64,000 bases of DNA from an uncultured Alphaproteobacteria bacterium (GTDB lineage Bacteria; Pseudomonadota; Alphaproteobacteria; HIMB59). The stretch lies in NCBI GenBank assembly GCA_902616855.1, contig CACMUL010000001.1:132137-196136 (forward strand), read 5' to 3'. A model generated the notes under the pieces. The model was not told the DNA's origin. It ran no database searches and was given only the letters and a program-made list of their open reading frames with translations. The stretch's first letter is position 1. Each line of letters opens with the position of its first letter. Shown here piece by piece: positions 19,481-29,684 of this stretch. The position numbers and the translations under genes were made by a program.

Positions 19481-21126
19481 ATTTGTAATTTAGGCTTTAT
19501 GCCTAAAATTTTTAATCCTTCGTCTAAGACATTTTGATAATTATGTAATAACTTAATTAGATTAGAAGAAATATTATTCTCATTATCTAAAAATTTTACT
19601 GATGGTTTATTTTTTGAAGAGGACCATAATGTATGGAAATATGAAGACAGACTCTCTAAGTAGTGTGCTATTAAATGAACTTCTTTTTTTAAATATGCAG
19701 ATTTTAACACGTTATCCCACTCCAATAATTTTTTATATAAGTTTTTTAATTCTGAAGTAATTATAACGGGTGTATCAACAACTTTATTTACCTTATTTAA
19801 AATGGATTGTGTTCTAGCATAAGAATACTGAATATAATAAATCGGATTTTCCTTATTCTCTCTCTTAATTAAATCTATGTCTAAATCCATGTGAGTATCA
19901 TTTTTTCTGTAAGACATAAAATATCTAAAATTATCAATTCCTATTTCATCTATTAAATTTTTTAGTTCAAAAATATTACCCTCTCTTTTTGAGAGTTTTT
20001 GTATTTTATTATCGCGTTTTAAATTGACAATTTGACAAAAAACAACTGAAAAATCAATTTTTGGATGTAAAGAAGTTATCGCTGATGACAATCTTTTGAG
20101 ATATCCTAAATGATCTGCGCCCCATATATTTATTAATTTATTAAATCCTCTTTGAAATTTATCTTCATGATAAGCAATATCATTTGCAAAATAAGTTGGA
20201 GTGCCATCATTTTTAGTTAACGCTCTATCTTCATCATCCTCAAAAAGAGTTGATTTAAATATTGTTAGCTGATTATCCTTTAAAGTGCCCATAAAATCTT
20301 TTGGGGCATTCAATTGACCTTCATATGTTAGATCTTTTTGCTTGAATTTTTCAAGAATTAATGGGAGATGACCCTTATCCATAATGGTTGTTTCATATGA
20401 AATTTGATCGAATTTAATCCCTACTGTGCCAAGTGTTTGAAGAGTCTGATTAACAAGATTTTCTATAGCATAATTTACTAAATTATTTTTCTCATCAGAA
20501 CTTAGCTTATTATCAAATAGTGGTTTAAATTTTTCGTAACAGTCCTTTGCTATATCATTAATGTAATCACCTTTGTAAAATTGTTTTTCATTAAGATTTA
20601 AATTATATGTATGTGAAATCGAATAAAGTATTGAAGATAGAAATTCATTAATTTGATTACCTGTGTTATTTACATAATATTCACGAGTTACAGGATGTCC
20701 AAAATACTCAAATAAATTAGATAAAATATCTCCGACAACAGCTCCTCTTCCATGTGCTAAGTGTAATGGGCCTGTTGGATTTGCAGATACAAATTCGATA
20801 TTTACCTTTTCATTTTCTGTAAATTCTTTTTCATAATTGAATAATTGAGGATTAAAGCTTTCATCCTTAAGAAAAAAATTTATAAAACCAGGTCCAGCAA
20901 TTTCTACTTTTTCAAAATTATTTAAATTAATAGCCTTTATAATAATGTCTGCTAATTGATTTGGATTTTTTCCAAATATTTTTGCAAATTTTAGAGCAGC
21001 GTTAGTTGTAAAATCTCCTTTTTTGTCAAAAAGTGTTTCAACTTCAACATCTTCAAAATTAATACTAACGTTCTTATCAATTTTAATTAATATTTCAAAA
21101 AGAGATTTTTTTAATTTATGTAACAT
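19477..21126 (-). CDS. argS: Arginine--tRNA ligase
   Basis: IAGPGFINF, EFVSANPTGPLHLAHGR, WGADH, KLSKR and YIQYSYAR. Confidence 0.96.
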   Translation of the reverse strand: MLHKLKKSLFEILIKIDKNVSINFEDVEVETLFDKKGDFTTNAALKFAKIFGKNPNQLADIIIKAINLNNFEKVEIAGPGFINFFLKDESFNPQLFNYEKEFTENEKVNIEFVSANPTGPLHLAHGRGAVVGDILSNLFEYFGHPVTREYYVNNTGNQINEFLSSILYSISHTYNLNLNEKQFYKGDYINDIAKDCYEKFKPLFDNKLSSDEKNNLVNYAIENLVNQTLQTLGTVGIKFDQISYETTIMDKGHLPLILEKFKQKDLTYEGQLNAPKDFMGTLKDNQLTIFKSTLFEDDEDRALTKNDGTPTYFANDIAYHEDKFQRGFNKLINIWGADHLGYLKRLSSAITSLHPKIDFSVVFCQIVNLKRDNKIQKLSKREGNIFELKNLIDEIGIDNFRYFMSYRKNDTHMDLDIDLIKRENKENPIYYIQYSYARTQSILNKVNKVVDTPVIITSELKNLYKKLLEWDNVLKSAYLKKEVHLIAHYLESLSSYFHTLWSSSKNKPSVKFLDNENNISSNLIKLLHNYQNVLDEGLKILGIKPKLQM

Positions 21127-22225
21127 ATTTTTTATAGAAATTTATAGCATACTGATCTGTCATACCACATACATAATCGACTATTATTTGTTGCTTATCT
21201 GTATCATATTGTAATTTTTCTTTCCATTTAGATGGAAGCATAGAGGTATCATTATTTAATAATTTAATTATAGATACTAAAATTTTTTCAGCTTGCGTTC
21301 TATTTTTATATACAAAATCAGATGTGTAAAAAAATTCAAATAGAAAATTTTTAAGAAATTTTACTTTATCTAATACTGGAGGACTAAACTTAACCAAAAA
21401 ATTTGTATTTATTATAACATCTTCAATTGATCGTATTTGTGAATTATTAGAAAGAGTATTTTCAGTTTCGTTAAGAAGATCCAAAATTAAGTAGTTCATA
21501 ATGGATCTTGAAAAGTAATTTCTTGCAATACTTTTATCTAAGTTTGCAATGTATGAAAAATCTATAAAATTAAATTGTTCTTTATTTTCAGCTAAACTTG
21601 ATATTGTCAGAATACCTGATCTTAAAGCGTCATCGAAATCATGAGCTATGTAAGCTATATCATCAGACAAGGATGCGATTTGAGCCTCTAATGAGGGATT
21701 CTTATTTAAATCAAATTTAAAACTTTTTGATAAGTCGTAGTTTCTATTTGTTTCTTGTATTTTTCCATTATGCTTTATTAAACCATCTATTGTTTCCCAA
21801 GTTAAATTTAAACCATCAAAATTTATATATCTCTTTTCTAATAATGTAATTTGTCTAAAAGATTGATAATTATGGTTAAAATTTGCATCTAATTCTTGAG
21901 TAATTATTTCTTCGCCCACATGGCCAAAAGGACTATGACCTAAATCATGAGATAGTGCTATACATTCAGTGAGATCTTCATTTAAAGACAATTTTCTACT
22001 TATAGATCTTGCTATTTGAGATACCTCAAGAGTATGTGTTAGTCTATTTCTATAATAATCACCTTTTTCAAACATAAATACTTGTGTTTTATCTTTTAGT
22101 TTTCTAAAGGCTGTTGAATGATAAATTCTGTCTCTATCTCTTTCGTAAAGTGATCGATGATCATTTATTTCATCGTAAAGTCTTCCTTTTGAATTTTCTG
22201 GTAAAGCTGATAAATTACTGAACAT
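21116..22225 (-). CDS. dgt: dGTP triphosphohydrolase (HD family)
   Basis: RDRDRIYHS, RLTHTLEV, HDLGHSPFGH and DYVCGMTD. Start taken as ATG 22225 rather than 22270, which overlaps erpA. Confidence 0.92.
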   Translation of the reverse strand: MFSNLSALPENSKGRLYDEINDHRSLYERDRDRIYHSTAFRKLKDKTQVFMFEKGDYYRNRLTHTLEVSQIARSISRKLSLNEDLTECIALSHDLGHSPFGHVGEEIITQELDANFNHNYQSFRQITLLEKRYINFDGLNLTWETIDGLIKHNGKIQETNRNYDLSKSFKFDLNKNPSLEAQIASLSDDIAYIAHDFDDALRSGILTISSLAENKEQFNFIDFSYIANLDKSIARNYFSRSIMNYLILDLLNETENTLSNNSQIRSIEDVIINTNFLVKFSPPVLDKVKFLKNFLFEFFYTSDFVYKNRTQAEKILVSIIKLLNNDTSMLPSKWKEKLQYDTDKQQIIVDYVCGMTDQYAINFYKKYVT

Positions 22226-22552
22226 ATGGGAAGTATTAATATAACAGATAAAGCTATAAATAAAATTCAAGAAGTTCTAAAAGATCAAAATATGAAATAT
22301 TTTAGAATCAGAGTCAAAGGTGGTGGATGTTCTGGATTCCAGTACGTATTTAAAAGTGAAAATGTAATTAATGAAACCAAAGATCATGTATTTAATTTTA
22401 AAGATTTACAAATTTTGATCGATAAAAATTCTATGACTTTCATAAATGAGTCTGAATTAGATTATAAAGATGAATTGATAGGCTCTAGTTTCTCTATTTC
22501 AAATCCTAATGCTAAAAATTCTTGCGGCTGTGGCACATCATTTAGTGTTTAA
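22226..22552 (+). CDS. erpA: A-type Fe-S cluster carrier (ErpA/IscA)
   Basis: GGGCSGFQY and NPNAKNSCGCGTSF. Confidence 0.9.
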   Translation: MGSINITDKAINKIQEVLKDQNMKYFRIRVKGGGCSGFQYVFKSENVINETKDHVFNFKDLQILIDKNSMTFINESELDYKDELIGSSFSISNPNAKNSCGCGTSFSV

Positions 22553-22554
22553 TT

Positions 22555-23322
22555 GTGAAAATAATTAGTTGGAATGTAAATTCTTTAAGAGCTCGAGAAC
22601 CACTTATAGAAAAAATAATAAAATCAGAAGCTCCAGATATATTTTGCTTACAAGAACTGAAGATATTAGATAAAGAATACGTAGAAAATTTTTTTAATCA
22701 ATTTTCATTGAAAACAGTGGCTGAAACTCAAAAAAGCTATAATGGGGTAAGTGTTTCTTGTAAAAGTGAGATTGTATTAAATGAAAATCCCTTAAAAAGG
22801 TTAAATATGACACAAGCGAGAAACAATACAGTTATTATAAAAGATAAAAATTTAGCAATCCTCAATTGTTATTTCCCTAATGGAAATCCTATAGATACAG
22901 ACAAATTTACAAATAAGCTTGAATGGATGAAATTACTTTATAAAGAAATAGAAATACTTAAAAAAGAATATGAAGTTTTATTAATGGGAGATTTTAATGT
23001 TATTCCAGATGATGAAGATGCTCATGATATTAAAAAATATAAAAATGATGCTCTAGCACAACCTGAGTCCAGAAAAGAATTCTATAAATTAATAAATCTA
23101 GATCTAATTGATGTCTTTAAGACTACTCCAAAAAAACAAAGTTATACTTTTTTTGATTATAAAACTTACAAATTTGGAAAAGAGGAAGGAATAAGAATAG
23201 ACTTCTTTCTTTTATCTCCATTTTTGAAAAGTAAAATAATGAAACTAAAAGTATTAAAAGAATACCGTGATATGGATAGACCCTCTGATCATTGCCCTAT
23301 TCTTATAGATTTAAATATCTGA
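22555..23322 (+). CDS. xth: Exodeoxyribonuclease III
   Basis: SWNVNS, CLQE, YFPNG, GDFNV, RID and PSDHCP. Confidence 0.93.
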   Translation: MKIISWNVNSLRAREPLIEKIIKSEAPDIFCLQELKILDKEYVENFFNQFSLKTVAETQKSYNGVSVSCKSEIVLNENPLKRLNMTQARNNTVIIKDKNLAILNCYFPNGNPIDTDKFTNKLEWMKLLYKEIEILKKEYEVLLMGDFNVIPDDEDAHDIKKYKNDALAQPESRKEFYKLINLDLIDVFKTTPKKQSYTFFDYKTYKFGKEEGIRIDFFLLSPFLKSKIMKLKVLKEYRDMDRPSDHCPILIDLNI

Positions 23323-25023
23323 ATAAGTCTTTTTTTCTAATTTACCACCAGGGTGTGTAACTGCCCCTAGGTTTGCAGGTCCAACAGTTTTCATATATTT
23401 CCATAAAGTACCTGACATAAACTCTGGTTCTTTATTAACCCATTTAGTTTTTCTATCGGATAACGTTTTTTCGTCTACATTCAAATTTAGTATATTTTTC
23501 TCTGCATCAATTTCTATTTCATCACCATCTTCAACTAACGCTATAGGCCCACAATCATAAGCCTCTGGACCTACATGGCCGATACAAAAACCTCGTGTAC
23601 CTCCAGAGAACCTTCCGTCAGTAATTAAAGCTACCTCTTCGCCAAGATCTTGTCCATAAAGGGCACTAGTGGTAGATAGCATTTCTCTCATACCTGGCCC
23701 TCCTTTTGGGCCCTCGTATCTTATAATCACAACATGACCAGGTTTAATTTTACCATTTAAGACAGCGTCTAGAGCATGTTCTTCTCTATCAAAGCAAATT
23801 GCTTTTCCTTTAAACTGTAATTTTTTAAGTCCAGCTATTTTTACAATCGCACCATCAGGAGCAAGTGAACCTTTCAAACCTACCACGCCACCTGTTTTAG
23901 TAATTGGGCTACTAACAGGATATACAACATCTTGATTTTTTGGTAACTCCACATCTTTTACATTTTCAGCTAACGTTTTTCCAGTAACAGTCATGCATGA
24001 TCCATCAATCAACCCGCCATCAATGAGTGCTTTAATTAGAACAGGAACGCCACCAACTTCATATAAATCTTTAGCTACATACTTCCCCCCCGGGGCTAAA
24101 TTACCTATATAAGGTGTTGATTGGAAAATATTACAGACATCTTCCAAAGTAAATTCAATACCAGCTTCATGAGCCATAGCAGGTAGATGTAAACCTGCGT
24201 TGGTTGATCCACCTGATGCTGAAACAACCACAGCCGCATTTATTAGTGATTGTTTTGTAACAATATCCCTAGGTCTCAAGTTTTTTTCAATTAATTCCAT
24301 AACTACTTTTCCACTTTCATAAGCATATTTATCTCTACTTTCATAAGGAGCTGGTGTCATAGCAGAACCTGGAAGAGCTAAACCAATAGTCTCTGAAACG
24401 CATGCCATGGTATTTGCGGTAAACTGTCCGCCACAGGATCCAGCAGATGGACAGGCAACACACTCAATTTCATGGAGTTCTTGGTCTGAAATCTTTCCTG
24501 TTGAATGTTTTCCAACAGCTTCAAAAACATCTACTATTGTTACGTCCTTATCCTTATAAACACCTGGTAATATAGATCCACCGTACATAAATACAGATGG
24601 CACATTAAGTCTTAGCATTGCCATCATTAAACCTGGCAAAGATTTATCACACCCAGCTAAACCAACTAAGGCATCATAACAGTGCCCTCTTACAGAAAGT
24701 TCAGTTGAGTCAGCTATAATCTCCCTACTAGTTAAAGAAGATTTCATTCCCTCATGACCCATAGCAATACCATCAGTAACAGTAATGGTGGTAAATTCTC
24801 TTGGTGTACCTTTTGCATCCCACACACCTTTTTTGGCTGATTGAGCTTGGCGAGAAAGTGAAATATTGCAAGGGGCAGACTCATTCCATGTGGTTACTAC
24901 ACCGACAAAAGGTTGTTTAATCTGTTCTTCGGTAATGCCCATAGCATAATAAAAAGCTCTATGTGGTGCACTTTTAGGACCTACAGAAACATGTCTACTT
25001 GGTAATTTGCTTTTATCAACCAT
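23311..25023 (-). CDS. ilvD: Dihydroxy-acid dehydratase
   Basis: PCN, TDGIAMGH, GCDKSLPG, GGSTN, RYEGPKGGPGMREM and TDGRFSG. Confidence 0.96.
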   Translation of the reverse strand: MVDKSKLPSRHVSVGPKSAPHRAFYYAMGITEEQIKQPFVGVVTTWNESAPCNISLSRQAQSAKKGVWDAKGTPREFTTITVTDGIAMGHEGMKSSLTSREIIADSTELSVRGHCYDALVGLAGCDKSLPGLMMAMLRLNVPSVFMYGGSILPGVYKDKDVTIVDVFEAVGKHSTGKISDQELHEIECVACPSAGSCGGQFTANTMACVSETIGLALPGSAMTPAPYESRDKYAYESGKVVMELIEKNLRPRDIVTKQSLINAAVVVSASGGSTNAGLHLPAMAHEAGIEFTLEDVCNIFQSTPYIGNLAPGGKYVAKDLYEVGGVPVLIKALIDGGLIDGSCMTVTGKTLAENVKDVELPKNQDVVYPVSSPITKTGGVVGLKGSLAPDGAIVKIAGLKKLQFKGKAICFDREEHALDAVLNGKIKPGHVVIIRYEGPKGGPGMREMLSTTSALYGQDLGEEVALITDGRFSGGTRGFCIGHVGPEAYDCGPIALVEDGDEIEIDAEKNILNLNVDEKTLSDRKTKWVNKEPEFMSGTLWKYMKTVGPANLGAVTHPGGKLEKKTYSDI

Positions 25024-27620
25024 TATTGAATATTAATTAATATACTATCAATTTTAGACAATTCCATATTAATTGAACTTTGTCTCTCTTTATTTTGATC
25101 AATTAGATCTTTTGGAGCTTTTGATACAAAATTTTCATTTGACAAATTTTTATCAATCGTATTTTTTTCTTTTTCTAAAGAGCTTTTATTTTCTTGAAGT
25201 TTTTCTTTGATTTTAGATTTATCAATTTGGCTAGTGGAAATTTCAAAATCAAACTCTTTAAAAGGTAAAGTAACACTATTGTCTTTATGGGATGATGAAA
25301 GTTTTTTTCTTGTTAAAAATTCAAATGTTTTTTTATTATCTTCTAAAATTGTTTGAATTAATTGGTTTTTAGAAAAAATTTCTACAGTATCTTCTTTTTT
25401 GATTTCAAAAAGTTTTTCTATTGATCTATATTCCTCTATAAAATCAATAAATAATTTTGTTTTAGATACATGTTCACTCTCTGTTTTTAGATCAACATAG
25501 TCCCACTGATGACTCATCAAGATATCTTTATTATTTTTACCCCACAATTTTTCAGTGATAAAAGGAATCACTGGATGTAAAAGTTGCAATAAAGAATTAA
25601 ATACTAAATGAAAAGTTTGTTTGGTTTCATCTCTAAATTGATTGTCGTCTAAAAGATTTTTAGAAAGTTCAATATACCAGTCACAAAAAGTATGCCATGT
25701 AAAATGATATAGTTGATTAGCTACTTCATGAAAATAGTATTTCTCATAATTTTCTTGAACTTTTTTATATAACTCTTGAAACTCATTTATAATCCAAATA
25801 TTAAAAATATGGTTAGGGTTATCTTTGCCATTATCTGTAAATGGATAAATTCCTTTAAATTCAGCAAACTTATAGGCATTGGTGATTTTAGTAACGAAGT
25901 TTCTATAACCAGCTATGCGTTGCTCACTTAACCTTACATCCCTTCCAGGTGTATTTAATGATGTTAGAGTAAAGCGAAGTGTATCTGCACCATATTTGTC
26001 AATTATTTCTAAAGGATCTATGACATTACCTTTTGATTTTGACATTTTTTGACCTTTTTCATCACGAACGAGAGCATGAACATAAACAGTTTTAAAAGGT
26101 GTTTCTGACATAAATTTATTACCCATCATCATCATGCGGGCAACCCAGAAAAAGATGATATCAAAACCCGTAACTAGTACAGAATTAGGGTAAAATGTTT
26201 CTAATGTTTGTTCTTTGTTGGGCCATCCCAATGTAGAGAAAGGCCAAAGAGCTGAGGAGAACCAGGTATCTAAGACGTCTTGATCTCTTTTTAAAATTAT
26301 TTTATCCGCTTTATAAAAGTCTACAGCTAAATTTTTCGCTTCTTCTTCAGTTTCTGCACAAAATTCTTTTCCATCAGGACCATACCAAACTGGAATTTGA
26401 TGTCCCCACCATATTTGTCGAGAAATACACCATGGTCTTATATTTTCCATCCATTGAAAGTATGTTTTCTCCCAATTTGAGGGAAAAAATTTTGTATCAC
26501 CGTCTTTTACAACTTTCATTGCCTGTTTTGCTAATTCTTCAGCATTACAAAACCACTGATGAGTTAAAAAAGGTTCGACAACAGTGTTCGAGCGATCACC
26601 ATATGGTATTGTAGTTTTATAATCTTCAATTTTTTCTAAAAAACCTTTTTCTTTTAGCAATTGAACAACTTTTTTTCTTGCCTCAAATCGATCTAAACCC
26701 TGAAATTCTTTTGGACAATTTTCGTTCAATGTTCCGTCCTCGTTTAGAATATTTAATAGTTCTAAGTTGTGCCTTTTACCGATTTCAAAATCGTTGAAAT
26801 CGTGTGCTGGGGTAATTTTAACTGCACCACTTCCCATTTCCGGATCAGAATATTCATCAAATATAAGTGGAATAGATCTTGATGTTAAAGGAATAGTAAA
26901 AGTTTCTTTTTTTAATGAAGTATATCTACTGTCATTGGGGTTAACTGCTATAGCAACATCACCAAAAATTGTTTCTGGCCTAACTGTTGCAACAGTTATA
27001 CTCTCAGAATTAGAGCTTGGATATTTTATATAGTAAATTTGGGTGCTTACATCCTTAGGAACAACTTCTAAATCAGAAATAGCTGTTTTAAATTTGGTAT
27101 CCCAATTAACAAGAGCTTGATCTTTATATATCAACCCCCCTGTATATAATTTAACAAAAACCTTTCTAACTGCAGATGACAATCCGTCATCCATCGTAAA
27201 TCTTTCCCTTGACCAATCACATGAACTACCAAGCCTTTTTAATTGATTTATGATTGTGGAACCCGAATATTCTTTCCACTCCCATATTTTTTCAATGAAC
27301 TCCTCTCTTGTGAGATCTTTACGATAAATATTTTTCTCAGCTAAGTTTCTTTCCACAACCATTTGTGTCGCTATGCCTGCATGGTCTGTTCCAGGTTGCC
27401 AAAGAGTATTAAATCCATTCATTCGGTGATATCTTGTTAAAATATCCTGAATAGTGTTATTAAGTGCATGTCCCATATGCAACGACCCTGTTACATTTGG
27501 GGGAGGTATACAAATAGAAAAGTTTTTATCAAAATTGTATTTAGGTTTAAAACATTCTTTGTCTAACCAAAGCTGATAAATTTCATTTTCATATTCTTTT
27601 TTATTTTGAAATTCATCCAT
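25023..27620 (-). CDS. valS: Valine--tRNA ligase
   Basis: PPPNVTGSLHMGH, WCISRQIWWGH, KMSKSKGN and C-terminal coiled coil. Confidence 0.97.
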   Translation of the reverse strand: MDEFQNKKEYENEIYQLWLDKECFKPKYNFDKNFSICIPPPNVTGSLHMGHALNNTIQDILTRYHRMNGFNTLWQPGTDHAGIATQMVVERNLAEKNIYRKDLTREEFIEKIWEWKEYSGSTIINQLKRLGSSCDWSRERFTMDDGLSSAVRKVFVKLYTGGLIYKDQALVNWDTKFKTAISDLEVVPKDVSTQIYYIKYPSSNSESITVATVRPETIFGDVAIAVNPNDSRYTSLKKETFTIPLTSRSIPLIFDEYSDPEMGSGAVKITPAHDFNDFEIGKRHNLELLNILNEDGTLNENCPKEFQGLDRFEARKKVVQLLKEKGFLEKIEDYKTTIPYGDRSNTVVEPFLTHQWFCNAEELAKQAMKVVKDGDTKFFPSNWEKTYFQWMENIRPWCISRQIWWGHQIPVWYGPDGKEFCAETEEEAKNLAVDFYKADKIILKRDQDVLDTWFSSALWPFSTLGWPNKEQTLETFYPNSVLVTGFDIIFFWVARMMMMGNKFMSETPFKTVYVHALVRDEKGQKMSKSKGNVIDPLEIIDKYGADTLRFTLTSLNTPGRDVRLSEQRIAGYRNFVTKITNAYKFAEFKGIYPFTDNGKDNPNHIFNIWIINEFQELYKKVQENYEKYYFHEVANQLYHFTWHTFCDWYIELSKNLLDDNQFRDETKQTFHLVFNSLLQLLHPVIPFITEKLWGKNNKDILMSHQWDYVDLKTESEHVSKTKLFIDFIEEYRSIEKLFEIKKEDTVEIFSKNQLIQTILEDNKKTFEFLTRKKLSSSHKDNSVTLPFKEFDFEISTSQIDKSKIKEKLQENKSSLEKEKNTIDKNLSNENFVSKAPKDLIDQNKERQSSINMELSKIDSILINIQ

Positions 27621-27623
27621 TTG

Positions 27624-28286
27624 CTAAAAAACAAATGGTTCGGATTGAACATATTTATAAATATAAGAAGAAGAAGCTTCATCTATAACAAACTTATTCG
27701 ATTTGCCACCTACATTTATATATTTAACAATTTTATGCTTAAAATCTTGATTATCAATTATACAAACAATTTCCGCATTATCAGATGAATTTTTAATTAT
27801 ATTTATTGGCTCTTCATCAAGTGAACCATTAATAATAATTTTTTGATATTTTTGAATATTTGGCTTTTTGTTATTGAAAAATTCATCTATCGTTAAATTT
27901 AATAAAGAGGCATTGAACAAACCTTCTTTAATACTATCTTTAAAAACTTCAGTCATTTGCGAAGAAGACTCTATACAGTCAATATTAGAGGAAAATTTAT
28001 TAATAATTGATGTTGTAGTACCAAATCCAGAACCAATTTCTAAAATATTCTCATCATTAATCTCTCCCAACGCTTGTAATAAATGAAATGATGTTAAAGG
28101 AGGTAGAATAAAGCGACCATCGTCTAAAAATATAATTTTATCTGAGTAAGCTAAATGTTTATAAGTTTTTGGATACAAGTTTTCTCTTGGAAATAATTCA
28201 ATTTTTTCAATTAAAGATGAGTTTTTTATACGGTTAGCTCTGAGTTGATTAAGAACCATATTTGACCTTGCTTGTTCAAAATTCAT
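27624..28286 (-). CDS. pcm: Protein-L-isoaspartate O-methyltransferase family
   Basis: ARSNMVLNQLR and ILEIGSGFG SAM motif. Start taken as ATG 28286. Confidence 0.78.
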   Translation of the reverse strand: MNFEQARSNMVLNQLRANRIKNSSLIEKIELFPRENLYPKTYKHLAYSDKIIFLDDGRFILPPLTSFHLLQALGEINDENILEIGSGFGTTTSIINKFSSNIDCIESSSQMTEVFKDSIKEGLFNASLLNLTIDEFFNNKKPNIQKYQKIIINGSLDEEPINIIKNSSDNAEIVCIIDNQDFKHKIVKYINVGGKSNKFVIDEASSSYIYKYVQSEPFVF

Positions 28287-28540
28287 GACAAAGTTTGATT
28301 TATAACAAAATAAATTGTTTTTCAAAGATCATAATCGCCTCAGATTTAGTAATTTGAACAATTAAATGAAAATAAGATTTGAGTAATTACCAACATTTTT
28401 TTTAAAATAAAAATACAAAAATTAATTAATTTGATAAAATAGAATCACCTAGAGGATAGGTTTAAGGATGGAGGTTAAAAAGATGAAGCCACCAAAGTAG
28501 TTTCTAACAATTCTACTCAATACTGAACTGGCCCTTATTA

Positions 28541-29683
28541 TTAAGGGTTAATATTTTCAATAAAATTTAAACGACCTATAATTTCATCTCTGTCCATATA
28601 ATATCCTTGAAGATGTCTTTCTCCAGAATTGGCATCATATTCTTTTCTACCATGTAACACTCTACGATTATTAAAGCTAAAAATTTCTCCGGCTTGCATA
28701 CGAAAATTAATTTCAAACCTCTCATCATGAAGAAGGCTTAATAGATTTCTGTATGCTGAGTAAAATTGATCCATTTTATCAGGATGGCAGTCCATTACTC
28801 CCATATAGGCAACACTGAACCTAATATCATTATAATCGTTGTTATGATCTAAAGTAATTATGGGTTTATGCATAACTCTAATTGTATTAGTTGTGTAATC
28901 CCTATTTACAAATTTTACAGACGTATTAAGTAATACTTCATAATCACTTGAGTGATTATTTTTTAAATAATCAATTACCTTAAAACCATCTAAAGCAACT
29001 GACTCACCCCCGTTAGCATTATTTATTAAGCAGTGGAGGAATTGGTATCCTGGGGCTATCTCATAATATGGTAAATCAATATGATTTCTTAAACCTGCAG
29101 CAGTATAAGCTGAATTGTTAGGATTAGGTATATCAATAACTTCGAATGGTGTTTTAAAAAAAGTTTCTCGAGTGTGACTAATGTTTTTGAGGATATCAAA
29201 ACCAGAATTTACATCTGTTGGAGCATTTTTAACAATTGAAATACCAAAATAATGTAGTTGCTGTAACCACTTTTTTAAACCGTCATCACCACTAATTATT
29301 TCACTGTAATCTATTTGAATATCTGAAAATGTATCTTGCATGGATTTATCCCAAATTTTATATGGTGAAACGTACTCTCGTGTGTGTTTTAAAGAATAAC
29401 AATTATGTCTCAACCAATCTTTCTCATAAACACTTTTATGCCCTCCCTCACTCCATTCAATCTCAAGATTACCTTCGCTATTCAATGAGTAATTTTTGGG
29501 ATGAATATCTTCAGATACATCAAGCAAATTAAAAGTTCGTTCGCGAGCTGTTGGATGCACTTCAGAGGAACAATTATCTCTCAACCATAAGAAATTATAT
29601 TTACTTTTAAAACCATCACTCCAATCGACCAAAATAGATTTGTTCTTTTTATCGATTGTTTTAATTGAAAGGTTTTCACTCAT
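28541..29683 (-). CDS. Gamma-butyrobetaine dioxygenase-like (TauD/TfdA, Fe/2OG)
   Basis: N-terminal WLRDNC..WLR domain, HxD (HID), DGF, NNRRVLHGR and RHLQGYY; coupled to carnitine dehydrogenase. Confidence 0.88.
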   Translation of the reverse strand: MSENLSIKTIDKKNKSILVDWSDGFKSKYNFLWLRDNCSSEVHPTARERTFNLLDVSEDIHPKNYSLNSEGNLEIEWSEGGHKSVYEKDWLRHNCYSLKHTREYVSPYKIWDKSMQDTFSDIQIDYSEIISGDDGLKKWLQQLHYFGISIVKNAPTDVNSGFDILKNISHTRETFFKTPFEVIDIPNPNNSAYTAAGLRNHIDLPYYEIAPGYQFLHCLINNANGGESVALDGFKVIDYLKNNHSSDYEVLLNTSVKFVNRDYTTNTIRVMHKPIITLDHNNDYNDIRFSVAYMGVMDCHPDKMDQFYSAYRNLLSLLHDERFEINFRMQAGEIFSFNNRRVLHGRKEYDANSGERHLQGYYMDRDEIIGRLNFIENINP

Positions 29684-29684
29684 A

